A stretch of 63,825 bases of DNA, filler included, from Myxococcota bacterium (GTDB lineage: Bacteria; Myxococcota; Myxococcia; Myxococcales; Myxococcaceae): assembly GCA_049322255.1 (NCBI GenBank). It is 5 parts of 5 records of this genome, joined end to end, with 100 filler letters (N's around TTAATTAATTAA, not from the genome) between each part and the next. Parts side by side here need not be neighbours in the genome. Positions count along the whole stretch, not along the records: positions 13,488 to 26,691 come from JBMORE010000117.1; positions 26,792 to 39,422 come from JBMORE010000118.1; 3 more parts are not named here. One strand, given 5' to 3'. Position 1 is the first letter of the stretch. Every line of letters starts with the position of its first letter. Positions 17,952 through 26,923 of the stretch are shown here, one piece after another. Both the position numbers and the translations under genes were made by a program. A model generated the notes under the pieces. That model had not been told where the DNA came from, did not search any database, and saw only the letters and a list, made by a program, of their open reading frames with translations.

Positions 17952-18353
17952 ATGGCAGCACTTGGCAATGATGGTTTCTACGCAACCGGTCGTCGCAAGG
18001 AGTCTACCGCCCGCGTCTGGGTCAAGACGGGCAACGGCTCCATGGTCATCAACGGCCGCCCGATAGACGAGTACTTCGGCCGCGAGACCTCGAAGATGAT
18101 CATCAACCAACCCCTCCAAGTCCTCGAGCAGAGCGGCAAGGTGGACATGACCGTGAACGTGCGCGGCGGAGGCCTCTCCGGCCAAGCCGGCGCCATTCGC
18201 CACGGGCTGTCGCGCGCCTTGTGCAAGCTGAACCCCGAGTTCCGCTCGGTGCTCAAGAAGGCCGGCTTCCTCACCCGCGATGCCCGCGCGGTGGAGCGAA
18301 AGAAGTACGGTCAGCCTGGCGCCCGCCGCCGCTTCCAGTTCTCCAAGCGCTAG
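17952..18353 (+). CDS. rpsI: 30S ribosomal protein S9
   Basis: YATGRRK, GGG.SGQAGA, ERKKYG...QFSKR. Confidence 0.99.
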   Translation: MAALGNDGFYATGRRKESTARVWVKTGNGSMVINGRPIDEYFGRETSKMIINQPLQVLEQSGKVDMTVNVRGGGLSGQAGAIRHGLSRALCKLNPEFRSVLKKAGFLTRDARAVERKKYGQPGARRRFQFSKR

Positions 18354-18450
18354 ACCTCGGCACGGCGGCTCGCGAGGGCCGTGTGCTCCGCAGACGTACC
18401 TCTGACGGCCGTTGGCTCGCCCAGGGCGCGTGCTAGGCTTCCGCCTCGCC

Positions 18451-19734
18451 ATGGAGCTCAACGAGATTCTGCAAATCGCCCTGCGGGGTGGTGCCTCCGA
18501 CATCCACCTCAAGGCCGGCTTGCCCCCGATGTTCCGGGTGGACGGCTCGCTGGTGCCGCTCAAGGACGGCAAGCGACTGCCTCCCGAGGAAGTGGCGCGC
18601 ATGGCGTTCGGCATCATGAACGAGTTCCAGAAGGACAAGTTCAAGACCTCGAACGAAGTCGACCTGGCCTACGGCGTGCCTGGGCTAGGTCGCTTCCGCG
18701 TCAACGTGTTCCAGCAACGCGGCACCATCGGCGCGGTGTTGCGCGTCATCCCCTTCAAGGTGATGACCATCAAAGATCTGTTGTTGCCTCCGGTGCTGGA
18801 GAAGATTTGTCTCGAGGAGCGCGGCCTCATTCTGGTCACCGGCACCACCGGCTCGGGCAAGTCGACCACGTTGGCGGCGATGATCGACCACGTCAACGCC
18901 AACGAGACCAACCACATCATGACCATCGAGGATCCGATCGAGTTCCTCATCCGCGACAAGCGGTCGATCGTGAACCAGCGCGAGGTGGGAGTGGACACGA
19001 TGTCCTTCGGGCAGGCGCTCAAGAGCGCGCTGCGACAGGACCCCGACGTCATTCTGGTGGGAGAAATGCGCGACCTCGAGACCATCGAGACGGCGCTCAC
19101 CGCCGCCGAGACCGGCCACCTGGTGATGTCCACCCTGCACACCCTCGACGCCACCGAGACCATCAACCGCATCATCTCCGCCTTTCCGCCTTATCAGCAG
19201 AAGCAGGTGCGCTTGCAGCTGGCTTCGGTGCTCAAAGCGGTGGTGTCGCAGCGGCTGGTGCCGCGCGCCGACGGGAAGGGGCGGGTGGCGGCGGTGGAGA
19301 TTCTCAAGGCCACCGCCCGGGTGCGTGAGCTCATCGAGGACAAAGACCGCACCAAGGAGATCTCCGACGCCATCTCCCAGGGGCACATCTCCTACGGAAT
19401 GCAGACCTTCGACCAGTCGCTGATGTCGCTGGTGAAGAACGGGCTCATCACCTACGAAGAAGCCAAACGCCAGGCGACCAACCCCGACGACTTCGCACTG
19501 CGCTTCTCGGGTATCAGCGGCACCTCGGACTCGAAGTGGGACGACTTCGACAAGGCGCCCGGTGAGTCCGCGGCCATTCCCGGCAGCGCCGCCTTCGCCC
19601 AAAAAGGAGCGCCCGCAGCTTTGGCGCGCCCAGCGGCTCCCGCCCCCGCGCCCAAGCCGGCGACCAACCCGGGGACGACCGCCGCCAAGCCGGGTGAGAA
19701 GAAAGACGACGACTTCCAGATCGAGCGCTTCTGA
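18451..19734 (+). CDS. PilT/PilU-family pilus retraction ATPase paralog
   Basis: ASDIH, GTTGSGKST, TIEDPIE, ALRQDPD, GEMRD, TGHLV.STLH, GMQTFD; Pro/Ala-rich tail. Confidence 0.92.
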   Translation: MELNEILQIALRGGASDIHLKAGLPPMFRVDGSLVPLKDGKRLPPEEVARMAFGIMNEFQKDKFKTSNEVDLAYGVPGLGRFRVNVFQQRGTIGAVLRVIPFKVMTIKDLLLPPVLEKICLEERGLILVTGTTGSGKSTTLAAMIDHVNANETNHIMTIEDPIEFLIRDKRSIVNQREVGVDTMSFGQALKSALRQDPDVILVGEMRDLETIETALTAAETGHLVMSTLHTLDATETINRIISAFPPYQQKQVRLQLASVLKAVVSQRLVPRADGKGRVAAVEILKATARVRELIEDKDRTKEISDAISQGHISYGMQTFDQSLMSLVKNGLITYEEAKRQATNPDDFALRFSGISGTSDSKWDDFDKAPGESAAIPGSAAFAQKGAPAALARPAAPAPAPKPATNPGTTAAKPGEKKDDDFQIERF

Positions 19735-19736
19735 CT

Positions 19737-20498
19737 TCAGTTCGGCAGCCCGCTTGGCGCTTGGGGGAAGGCCTCATCGACTGCTCTCGACAGCCGGTCC
19801 AACCGGAGCGCCCCGATCAGCTCCGCTTTGTGCAGAAAAAAGAGCAGGCGTTTGAGCGTCACCTTGGCGCGAGACGCGTTCGCCGTACCCAGCTCGGCTG
19901 TCGCGCGTTCCAGCGCCGTTTGCACGTGCTCGGGGTTGATCGGCTGGGGTCCCTCGTCGAAGGCCTCCTCGAGGAGCGCGCGGGCCACGAGCTGGTGTGC
20001 TTCGCGCCAGGTGGGATTGGCGGTGCGGGCGAAGGCATCGTGCATCTGGAGCAGCCGTTCTCGAGTCAGGGCCGCCAGCGTGGGCACCGAGTCCACCGTT
20101 TCGGCGAAATAGGCCTGGTCGAACGCGTCGGCCCCGTCGTCGTAGCCGAAGGCTTCTTCGAGCAAGAGAGAGGCGAAGAGCTGATTGGCCTCCTCGTCGG
20201 TCGCGCCCTCCGCCTTCAGCGCTTCGCGGGCGCTGGCGAGCTTTTCGCCCATGGCTTCGTCCTCTGCGAGCGCGTGAAGCGCCGCATGGGCAGCGAGGAA
20301 GACGAGCGCGCCTTGGGTGTCCTCTCCGAGGTGGGGGTTGCCGGCGGTGGCGAGGAGGGTGTCCTTCTTGTCGGGGTGGGAGCGGGCGGTGTGGGCGTAA
20401 AAGCGCTCGGAGGCCTTCAAGACCTCGCCTCGCTCGTCACGGCGCAGAGTGTCCACCGCGGCGTTCAGTGAAAGGTAGTGGGCCAAAAGCGGGTGCAT
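19737..20498 (-). CDS. hypothetical protein
   Basis: 253-aa ORF with protein-like composition filling the gap. Confidence 0.7.
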   Translation of the reverse strand: MHPLLAHYLSLNAAVDTLRRDERGEVLKASERFYAHTARSHPDKKDTLLATAGNPHLGEDTQGALVFLAAHAALHALAEDEAMGEKLASAREALKAEGATDEEANQLFASLLLEEAFGYDDGADAFDQAYFAETVDSVPTLAALTRERLLQMHDAFARTANPTWREAHQLVARALLEEAFDEGPQPINPEHVQTALERATAELGTANASRAKVTLKRLLFFLHKAELIGALRLDRLSRAVDEAFPQAPSGLPN

Positions 20499-20574
20499 CG
20501 TGCCTTGCTATCAACGGCGGCGCCGCGCGGCTACCGACTTGGCGCAAGGCCGCTTGGGGGAATAGAAAGCCCGT

Positions 20575-21063
20575 GTGAGTGAAGGCGCACCAACTGCCTA
20601 CGACCGTGCCTTACGCTTGCTCTCGGTGCGTGCACGCAGCCGGCATGAGCTGGAGTTGCTCTTGGCGCGCCGTGGGTTTGGTGCCCAAGAAATCTCCGCG
20701 GCGCTCACCCGGCTCACCGAGCTGTCCTACGTCGACGACGCGCGCTTCGCCCTGCAGCGGGCCACGGTGCTCTTGCGCGATGGGCGGCTGGGAGTCGAGG
20801 GAGCTCACGCCCGGCTTTTGGCCCACGGGCTCTCTGCCTCGGCCGCCAGGGTGGCGATCGACCAAGCCAGGCGCGAGCTCGGCTTCGACGCGTACGCCTC
20901 GGCGAAGACATTGCTCCAGCGGCGCAAGCTGTTTGGGCGGCCCCTGCTTCCCAAGGAGCGGGCGCGGGCTGAGCGGCTGCTGTCCACCCGAGGGTTCGAC
21001 GCCGACGTGGTCGAGCGACTTTTGAGTGAACGCGGGCTGGATCCGCGGGACGGCGGCGATTAG
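20575..21063 (+). CDS. recX: recombination regulator RecX
   Basis: ALRLLSVRARSRHEL, L.YVDD.RFA, L..RGF. Confidence 0.88.
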   Translation: MSEGAPTAYDRALRLLSVRARSRHELELLLARRGFGAQEISAALTRLTELSYVDDARFALQRATVLLRDGRLGVEGAHARLLAHGLSASAARVAIDQARRELGFDAYASAKTLLQRRKLFGRPLLPKERARAERLLSTRGFDADVVERLLSERGLDPRDGGD

Positions 21064-21077
21064 GTTCACGCGCCCAC

Positions 21078-21860
21078 ATGGTCCGCGTCCTTCTTTTCGG
21101 TTGTCTGGCGGTGACAGTGGCCACCGGCTGCAAGACCACCGACACCGGCACCGAGCTGACCGAGCCCGACTACGCCAGCGACGCCGAGACCAACCTCGCT
21201 CAGGGCAACGAAGCGCTCGAGTCGAAGAACTTCCTCGATGCCGAGCGGTACTTCGAGTACGTGCGCAGCAAGTACCCCTTTCTCGAGGCGTCGAAGCACG
21301 CCACCTTGCGCCTGGCCGACCTCGATTTCGAGCGTGAGCGCTACTTGGAAGCGCGCGATCGCTACCGCAGCTTCGTCAAGCTCTACCCCACCCACCCCAA
21401 GGTCGACTACGCCGCTTTCCGCGCGGCGCTGACCCACTACAAGGACATGCCCAGCGACTTCTTCCTCTTGCCGCGCCCGAAGCAGAAGGACCAGGCCGAG
21501 GTGAAGAGCACGCTGGCGGCGATGCAGGACTTCGTGCGCAACTTCCCCAAGTCGCCCTTCGTCGAGGAGGCCCAAAAGCTCGTCGACGAGTCGCGACGCC
21601 GCTTGGCCGAGCACGAGATGTCGGTGGCGGAGTTCTACCGCGACCAGAAGCGGTGGCCGGGGGTGGTGGGCCGCTACAAGAAGGTCGTCGCCGAGTACTC
21701 CGGGGTGGGCTTCGACGAAGAGGCGCTCTTCGGGCTCTACGAGGCCTACCTCCAGCTGAACGACTCCGCGCAGGCCAAGAAGACGCTGGAGACCATCGTC
21801 GAGCGCCTGCCCGGTACCGGCGCCGCCACCAAGGCGCAGCGGCTCTTGGGCAAGGGGTGA
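21078..21860 (+). CDS. bamD: outer-membrane assembly lipoprotein BamD
   Basis: Lipobox, TPRs, YP.HP..DYA, LAEHE..VA.FY. Confidence 0.88.
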   Translation: MVRVLLFGCLAVTVATGCKTTDTGTELTEPDYASDAETNLAQGNEALESKNFLDAERYFEYVRSKYPFLEASKHATLRLADLDFERERYLEARDRYRSFVKLYPTHPKVDYAAFRAALTHYKDMPSDFFLLPRPKQKDQAEVKSTLAAMQDFVRNFPKSPFVEEAQKLVDESRRRLAEHEMSVAEFYRDQKRWPGVVGRYKKVVAEYSGVGFDEEALFGLYEAYLQLNDSAQAKKTLETIVERLPGTGAATKAQRLLGKG

Positions 21861-22558
21861 GCCCCGAGCTTTTGCGGCCCTTGGGCTTCTTCGCCGCCAC
21901 GGTGGCGGTGGGAGCGAGCGCGATCGTCCTTTTCCCCCGGCTGTTCGGCGCCGCCGCCGGCCCCGAGGTGGAGATCATCACTTCGCTCAAGCGCACCGAG
22001 CGGACGGGCTTGACGCAAGGGGTGAACGGCAGCCCAACACCTCTGCGCTCCCGGCGCCACCAGTTCGACCGCCTGCAAGTCTCAGCGGCGCGGGGGGCGA
22101 AGAAGGCCACCCTCACCGCCACCTTGGACTTCACCGGCTCCTTCGGAGACACCGAGGTGAGCTCGCTCGGCTTGGAGCGGGTGGAGCTGGAAGGCGACGA
22201 CGAATGGAGCCCGGTGGGGGGCTGGGCGCCTCGACTGGCGGCCGCGGTGGCGATGCTGGAGCGGCGGCGGCAGGCGCTCGAGGCCGGCGACCTCGAGAGC
22301 CTGGCGGTGCTGGGGCAAAAAATGACCGCGCCTCTCCTCGCCGCTCACCCGGAGGTGCAGCGACTTTTGACGGTGCGGGGTCGAAAGTACCGCGCGCGTG
22401 CCTGGTACCTGCGCTCGGAGCGCGAAGAGGTGACGGTGCGCGAGGAGTACCAGCTGGTGGGGAGTTTGCCCGACCGGCCGGTGGACGAGCTCGGGGCGCG
22501 GCGGCTGACACTTGTGTGGCAGAACGGGGAATTCTTCTTTGCCCAAGGCCTCATGTAG
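21857..22558 (+). CDS. hypothetical protein with N-terminal TM anchor
   Basis: GTGA-coupled to bamD. Confidence 0.7.
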   Translation: MSPELLRPLGFFAATVAVGASAIVLFPRLFGAAAGPEVEIITSLKRTERTGLTQGVNGSPTPLRSRRHQFDRLQVSAARGAKKATLTATLDFTGSFGDTEVSSLGLERVELEGDDEWSPVGGWAPRLAAAVAMLERRRQALEAGDLESLAVLGQKMTAPLLAAHPEVQRLLTVRGRKYRARAWYLRSEREEVTVREEYQLVGSLPDRPVDELGARRLTLVWQNGEFFFAQGLM

Positions 22559-22597
22559 GCTACGAGACCGAAAGCCTCCGGGGAAAAAGGGCTGCAC

Positions 22598-23320
22598 ATG
22601 GATGAGGCGCTCAAGCAGTTGCTGACGCTGGGACACGGCTACTTCGAGAAGAAGCAGTACGCGCAGGCCGAGAAGTACCTGGCCCAAGTCGTCGAGCACA
22701 ACCAATCGTTCGCCGACGTGTACAACATGCTGGGCGTCATCTATCACGACCAGGGTCAGTTCGCCCGGGCGCAGCGCGCGTTCGAGGCGGCCTTGCGCCT
22801 AAACCCCGGCTACACCGACGCCGCCCTCAACTTGGCAGTCATCTACAACGACATGGGCAAGTACCGGGAGGCCAAGGAGGTCTATCAGACCGCCCTGCAG
22901 CGCCAGCGCTCGTCCTCCGGGAAGATCGACCCGTTCGTCACTGGGAAAATCGCCAACATGTACGCAGACATCGGTGATGTCTATGCCTCGAGCGGGCTGT
23001 GGGCCGAGGCGATCGGCGAGTACCAGCGCGCGCTGGCGCTCTGCCCACACTTCGTCGACATTCGCCTCAAGCTGGGAGACGCCTACCGCGACAACGGCAG
23101 CACCACCGAGTCGCTGGTACAGTTCGAGGAGATTTTGCGCTCCCACCCCAACTACCTGCCCGGCCGGGTGCACTACGGCATCGCCCTCTACTCCGCGGGG
23201 CGCAAAGCCGAGGCGATCAAGGCGTGGGAGGAGGTCTTGGTGCGCAGCCCCGGCAACAAGAGCGCCGAGATGTACCTGAATTTGGTGCGAGATTCTGGAA
23301 GGGGCGAACAGGTCGGGTAA
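22598..23320 (+). CDS. tetratricopeptide repeat protein
   Basis: Multiple TPR units. Confidence 0.88.
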   Translation: MDEALKQLLTLGHGYFEKKQYAQAEKYLAQVVEHNQSFADVYNMLGVIYHDQGQFARAQRAFEAALRLNPGYTDAALNLAVIYNDMGKYREAKEVYQTALQRQRSSSGKIDPFVTGKIANMYADIGDVYASSGLWAEAIGEYQRALALCPHFVDIRLKLGDAYRDNGSTTESLVQFEEILRSHPNYLPGRVHYGIALYSAGRKAEAIKAWEEVLVRSPGNKSAEMYLNLVRDSGRGEQVG

Positions 23321-23359
23321 ATGTATACTTTCGTCATCCCTCGTGAGGTCTAAGGAAGC

Positions 23360-24322
23360 GTGAGTCCCCCCAGCGGCGCGGCAGTCGGCAGCTCCAGCCA
23401 GAAGGCGTACGCGCTCAAGTTCATCTCGGGCAAGTACCAGGGCGGTGAGTACCCGCTCAAGAGCGACAAGCAGGTCGTCATCGGGCGCTCCAGCGAGCTG
23501 GACATGGTGCTGGTGGAGGACATGGTCTCGCGCAAGCACGCGAAGATCACCTTCAGCGCGGGGAAGATCACCATCGAAGACTTGGGCTCGACCAACGGTA
23601 CGTTCGTCAACGGCGAGAAAATCAAGCAGGCCCGCCTCAAGGAGGGCGACCGCATTCTCATCGGCACCTCGATTCTCAAGCTGGTGCACCAAGGCGCCAA
23701 CGCACAAGACTACGACGACACCGCGGTGAAGCAGCGCCTGGAGGAGGCAGCGGCAGTGCAGGCGGCCCGCGCCACCAAGGCCTCCTCGATGACGGGGAAG
23801 ATCGAAGAGATTCCGCTCCCCGACCTCTTGCAGCTGTTCCACACCTCGAAGAAGAACGGTGTCTTGGTGGTCAAGAACGACCGCGAGGGCCGCATCTACC
23901 TGCGCCAGGGCAAGGTGTACTACGCGGTCATCGACGCCAACCACGAGCTGGGACCGCAGAAGAGCTTCTACCGCATCATCACCTGGGACAGCGGCGACTT
24001 CGAGCTGCAGCCCCCCGATGACCAGCAGTTCATGGTCGAGCTCGACAGCTCCACCGAAGCGCTCTTGATGGACGCGCTGCGCCAGCTCGACGAGTACAAG
24101 CGCATTCAGGGCATGCTCCCCCCGGGCATGTCCTCGTTGACCTTGGCGATGCCCATGGCCGCCCCGTTGCGCGAGCTCAACCCTGACCAGCTCGACGTCC
24201 TGCAGCTGGTGCACAACTACGGCGGCCTCGAGGGCGTGCTCGACCACTCCGACAAGGACGACGTGGTGGTGGCGGAGATCCTCCTCGAGCTGGTCAAGCG
24301 TGACTTCGTGCGCGCAGGCTAG
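23360..24322 (+). CDS. FHA + DUF4388 (GYF/PatA-N-like) domain protein
   Basis: IGR, VSRKHA, DLGSTNGTFVNG; G.IEEIPLPDLLQL. Confidence 0.9.
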   Translation: MSPPSGAAVGSSSQKAYALKFISGKYQGGEYPLKSDKQVVIGRSSELDMVLVEDMVSRKHAKITFSAGKITIEDLGSTNGTFVNGEKIKQARLKEGDRILIGTSILKLVHQGANAQDYDDTAVKQRLEEAAAVQAARATKASSMTGKIEEIPLPDLLQLFHTSKKNGVLVVKNDREGRIYLRQGKVYYAVIDANHELGPQKSFYRIITWDSGDFELQPPDDQQFMVELDSSTEALLMDALRQLDEYKRIQGMLPPGMSSLTLAMPMAAPLRELNPDQLDVLQLVHNYGGLEGVLDHSDKDDVVVAEILLELVKRDFVRAG

Positions 24323-24324
24323 CA

Positions 24325-24360
24325 CCCCCTCCCTCCCTGGGAGAGGGCAAGGGTGAGGGG
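24325..24360 (+). repeat. REP-like hairpin, copy 4
   Basis: CCCCCTCCCTCCCTGGGAGAGGGCAAGGGTGAGGGG between the stop at 24322 and ATG at 24368. Confidence 0.8.
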
Positions 24361-24367
24361 TGTTACC

Positions 24368-25156
24368 ATGCCGGCAATGAGAGCCGTCGCTCGCACGCTC
24401 GCGGTGCTCCTCGCTGCCGGTGGAGTGCCCAGCGGTCTGGCGCGCACGCCGGTGGTGGTGGTGGACCCGGGGCACGGTGGCTCGCAAGAAGGCGCCGCCG
24501 GTGCTGACGGCACTTTGGAAAAGAACCTCGCGCTCGAGCTTTCCCGAAAGCTGCGCGACGCGTTGGTGAAGGAAGTCACCGCCCAGGTGTTGCTCACCCG
24601 CGAGAAGGACGCCCACGTGCCGTTGTCCGACCGGGTGGCCTTCGCCAACCGTTACCAGCCCGACTTGTTCATCTCGGTGCACGCCAACTCGATGCCCACG
24701 CGCAAGCAGCGCGAACGCTCCGAGGGCATCGAGACGTACTTTCTCTCGGCGAGCGCTTCGGGAGAGGACGCCCAGCGCACCGCCGCGCGCGAAAACGACG
24801 ACGGCCCCCGCTCGACGAAGAAGAAGGGCGGGGACACGTTGGCCTTCATCCTCTCCGATTTGCAGCGCACCGAGGCGCACGTCGACTCCTCGCGGCTTGC
24901 CTACGCGGTGCATCAAAAGCTGGTCTTGGCCACCGGGGCGGTCGACCGCGGGGTGCAGCAGGCGCCCTTCTACGTGCTTACCGGAGTGGAGGCTCCCGCC
25001 ATCCTCGTCGAGGTGGGCTTCATCTCCCACCCGGGCGAGGGGAAGAAGCTGACCGAGTCGGCGTATCAAGAGGCCCTGGCGCGGGCGATTGCCGCGGGGG
25101 TGAGAAGCTTCCTCGCCGAGGTGGCAGCCCGGGATGACCAGCTCGCGCGGCCATAG
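24368..25156 (+). CDS. N-acetylmuramoyl-L-alanine amidase (Amidase_3)
   Basis: DPGHGG, EK, SVHANS, LVEVGF. Confidence 0.93.
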   Translation: MPAMRAVARTLAVLLAAGGVPSGLARTPVVVVDPGHGGSQEGAAGADGTLEKNLALELSRKLRDALVKEVTAQVLLTREKDAHVPLSDRVAFANRYQPDLFISVHANSMPTRKQRERSEGIETYFLSASASGEDAQRTAARENDDGPRSTKKKGGDTLAFILSDLQRTEAHVDSSRLAYAVHQKLVLATGAVDRGVQQAPFYVLTGVEAPAILVEVGFISHPGEGKKLTESAYQEALARAIAAGVRSFLAEVAARDDQLARP

Positions 25157-25207
25157 GGTGTTTCGCCGACGTCTGCTATGCCCAAGCCCTCTCTCACGAG
25201 GTTTTCC

Positions 25208-25921
25208 ATGCGCTCGTTCGACCGTGGCCTAAAGGACCTTCGCCCCGTCACCCTCACCCCGGGGGTTTCGCTGCACGCCGAAGGGTCGACCCAGGTGGAG
25301 TTTGGGCACACCAAGGTGCTGGTGACCTGTTCGGTGGAGGAGAAGGTGCCGCCGCACGTGATGGGCACCGGGGCGGGGTGGGTGACCGCCGAGTACGGCA
25401 TGCTCCCCCGCTCGACCCACGACCGCTCGCCGCGGGAGGCCGCCAGGGGCAAACAGGGCGGCCGGACGATGGAGATTCAGCGGCTCATCGGCCGTGCGCT
25501 GCGTGCCGCGGTGGAGATGAAGTCTTTTGGGGTGCGCACCTTCACCCTGGACTGCGACGTCTTGCAGGCCGACGGGGGAACGAGGACCGCGTCGATTACC
25601 GGCGCCTACGTGGCGCTCGCGCTGGCGCTGAAGAAGTTGGCCAAGGCCGGAAAGCTCTCCAGCGTGCCCAAGCTGACCCCGGTGGCCGCGGTGTCGGTGG
25701 GCATCGTGAAGGGCGAGGTGGTGGTCGATTTGGATTATGCGGAGGACTCCACCGCGGAGGTGGACATGAACATCGTCGCCGCGGAGGGTGGGCGGCTCAT
25801 CGAAGTGCAGGGGACCGCCGAGGGGAAGGCCTTCGAGCGCCGCCAGCTCGACCAAATGCTCGATGTGGGGATGGAGGCGATCGAGCGCCTCATCCAGTTG
25901 CAGAAGAAGGTCATTGGTTGA
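25208..25921 (+). CDS. rph: ribonuclease PH
   Basis: [33 protein letters not shown]. Confidence 0.97.
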   Translation: MRSFDRGLKDLRPVTLTPGVSLHAEGSTQVEFGHTKVLVTCSVEEKVPPHVMGTGAGWVTAEYGMLPRSTHDRSPREAARGKQGGRTMEIQRLIGRALRAAVEMKSFGVRTFTLDCDVLQADGGTRTASITGAYVALALALKKLAKAGKLSSVPKLTPVAAVSVGIVKGEVVVDLDYAEDSTAEVDMNIVAAEGGRLIEVQGTAEGKAFERRQLDQMLDVGMEAIERLIQLQKKVIG

Positions 25922-26511
25922 GGCTCCTCTTCGCCACCCTCAACCGGGGGAAGCTCGAGGAGCTGCGCGAGCTGGTGGGGGCCGACCTCGAGGTCGTCTC
26001 GCAGGCCGAGCTGTCGCTGTCCGTCGAGGTGGAAGAAGACCAGCTCACCTTCGAAGGGAACGCCGAGAAGAAGGCCCGGGCGTTTCTCGCCGCGAGCGGG
26101 TTGCCTGCGCTCGCCGACGACTCGGGGCTGTGCGTGGAGGCCCTCGCGGGAAGGCCAGGGGTGCACTCGGCGCGTTACGCTCCGACCGAGAAGGCGCGCA
26201 TCGAGCGGCTGCTGGAGGAGCTGTCAGCGGTGGAGGAGGAGCAACGTGCGGCGGCTTTCCGCTGCGCGCTGTGCTTGGCGCTGCCCTCGGGGAAGGCGGT
26301 CATCGAGGTGGGCGCATGCCCGGGGCGCATCGCCCGCGAGCCGAAAGGGGAGGGAGGGTTCGGCTACGACCCGGTGTTCTTCCTGCCGGAGCTGGGCAAG
26401 ACGATGGCCCAGCTCTCTTCGGCGCAAAAGTCGGAGGTGTCGCACCGCGGCCGAGCGTTTCGAAAGATGCGGCCGCACTTGTTGGCATTGGCTCGGGGAG
26501 AGCTTCACTAG
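25918..26511 (+). CDS. rdgB: non-canonical purine NTP pyrophosphatase
   Basis: AT.N.GK, ADDSGL, SARY, GFGYDP, SHR; TTG start overlapping the rph stop. Confidence 0.95.
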   Translation: MRLLFATLNRGKLEELRELVGADLEVVSQAELSLSVEVEEDQLTFEGNAEKKARAFLAASGLPALADDSGLCVEALAGRPGVHSARYAPTEKARIERLLEELSAVEEEQRAAAFRCALCLALPSGKAVIEVGACPGRIAREPKGEGGFGYDPVFFLPELGKTMAQLSSAQKSEVSHRGRAFRKMRPHLLALARGELH

Positions 26512-26528
26512 TATGAAGTGGCTGTTGT

Positions 26529-26604
<76 letters not shown>

Positions 26605-26615
26605 CAAGAAGTCGA

Positions 26616-26689
26616 GCGCCCGTAGCTCAGCTGGATAGAGCATCGGCCTTCTAAGCCGAGGGTCGTGGGTTCGAGTCCCGCCGGGCGCG
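26616..26689 (+). tRNA. tRNA-Arg(TCT)
   Basis: Cloverleaf; anticodon arm TCGGC-CTTCTAA-GCCGA; GGTTCGAGTCC. Confidence 0.95.
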
Positions 26690-26691
26690 CT

Positions 26692-26791
26692 NNNNNNNNN
26701 NNNNNNNNNNNNNNNNNNNNNNNNNNNNNNNNNNNTTAATTAATTAANNNNNNNNNNNNNNNNNNNNNNNNNNNNNNNNNNNNNNNNNNNN
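26692..26791. other. artificial contig spacer
   Basis: N run + TTAATTAATTAA. Confidence 0.99.
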
Positions 26792-26915
26792 GGCTCTCGC
26801 AGGTCGCAGCCTGAGGCCGCTCCCCCGGTCGCCCTGCTTCCGCCGGCAAGACTTGTCCACGCCTCATCGGCGTTTCCGCACTTGCTGGTCAGTGACAGCC
26901 TCACTTCGCACATCG
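26792..26915 (-). mobile_element. 124-bp terminus of a multicopy element (copy B)
   Basis: Reverse complement identical to 13262-13385. Confidence 0.8.
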
Positions 26916-26923
26916 AGCTCCCT

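Noticed and set aside
22799..25069. Long antisense/alternate-frame ORFs (e.g. 756 aa here, 36703-38604, 46072-47958, 103-1527)
   Set aside because: Shadow ORFs expected in high-GC DNA opposite well-supported genes
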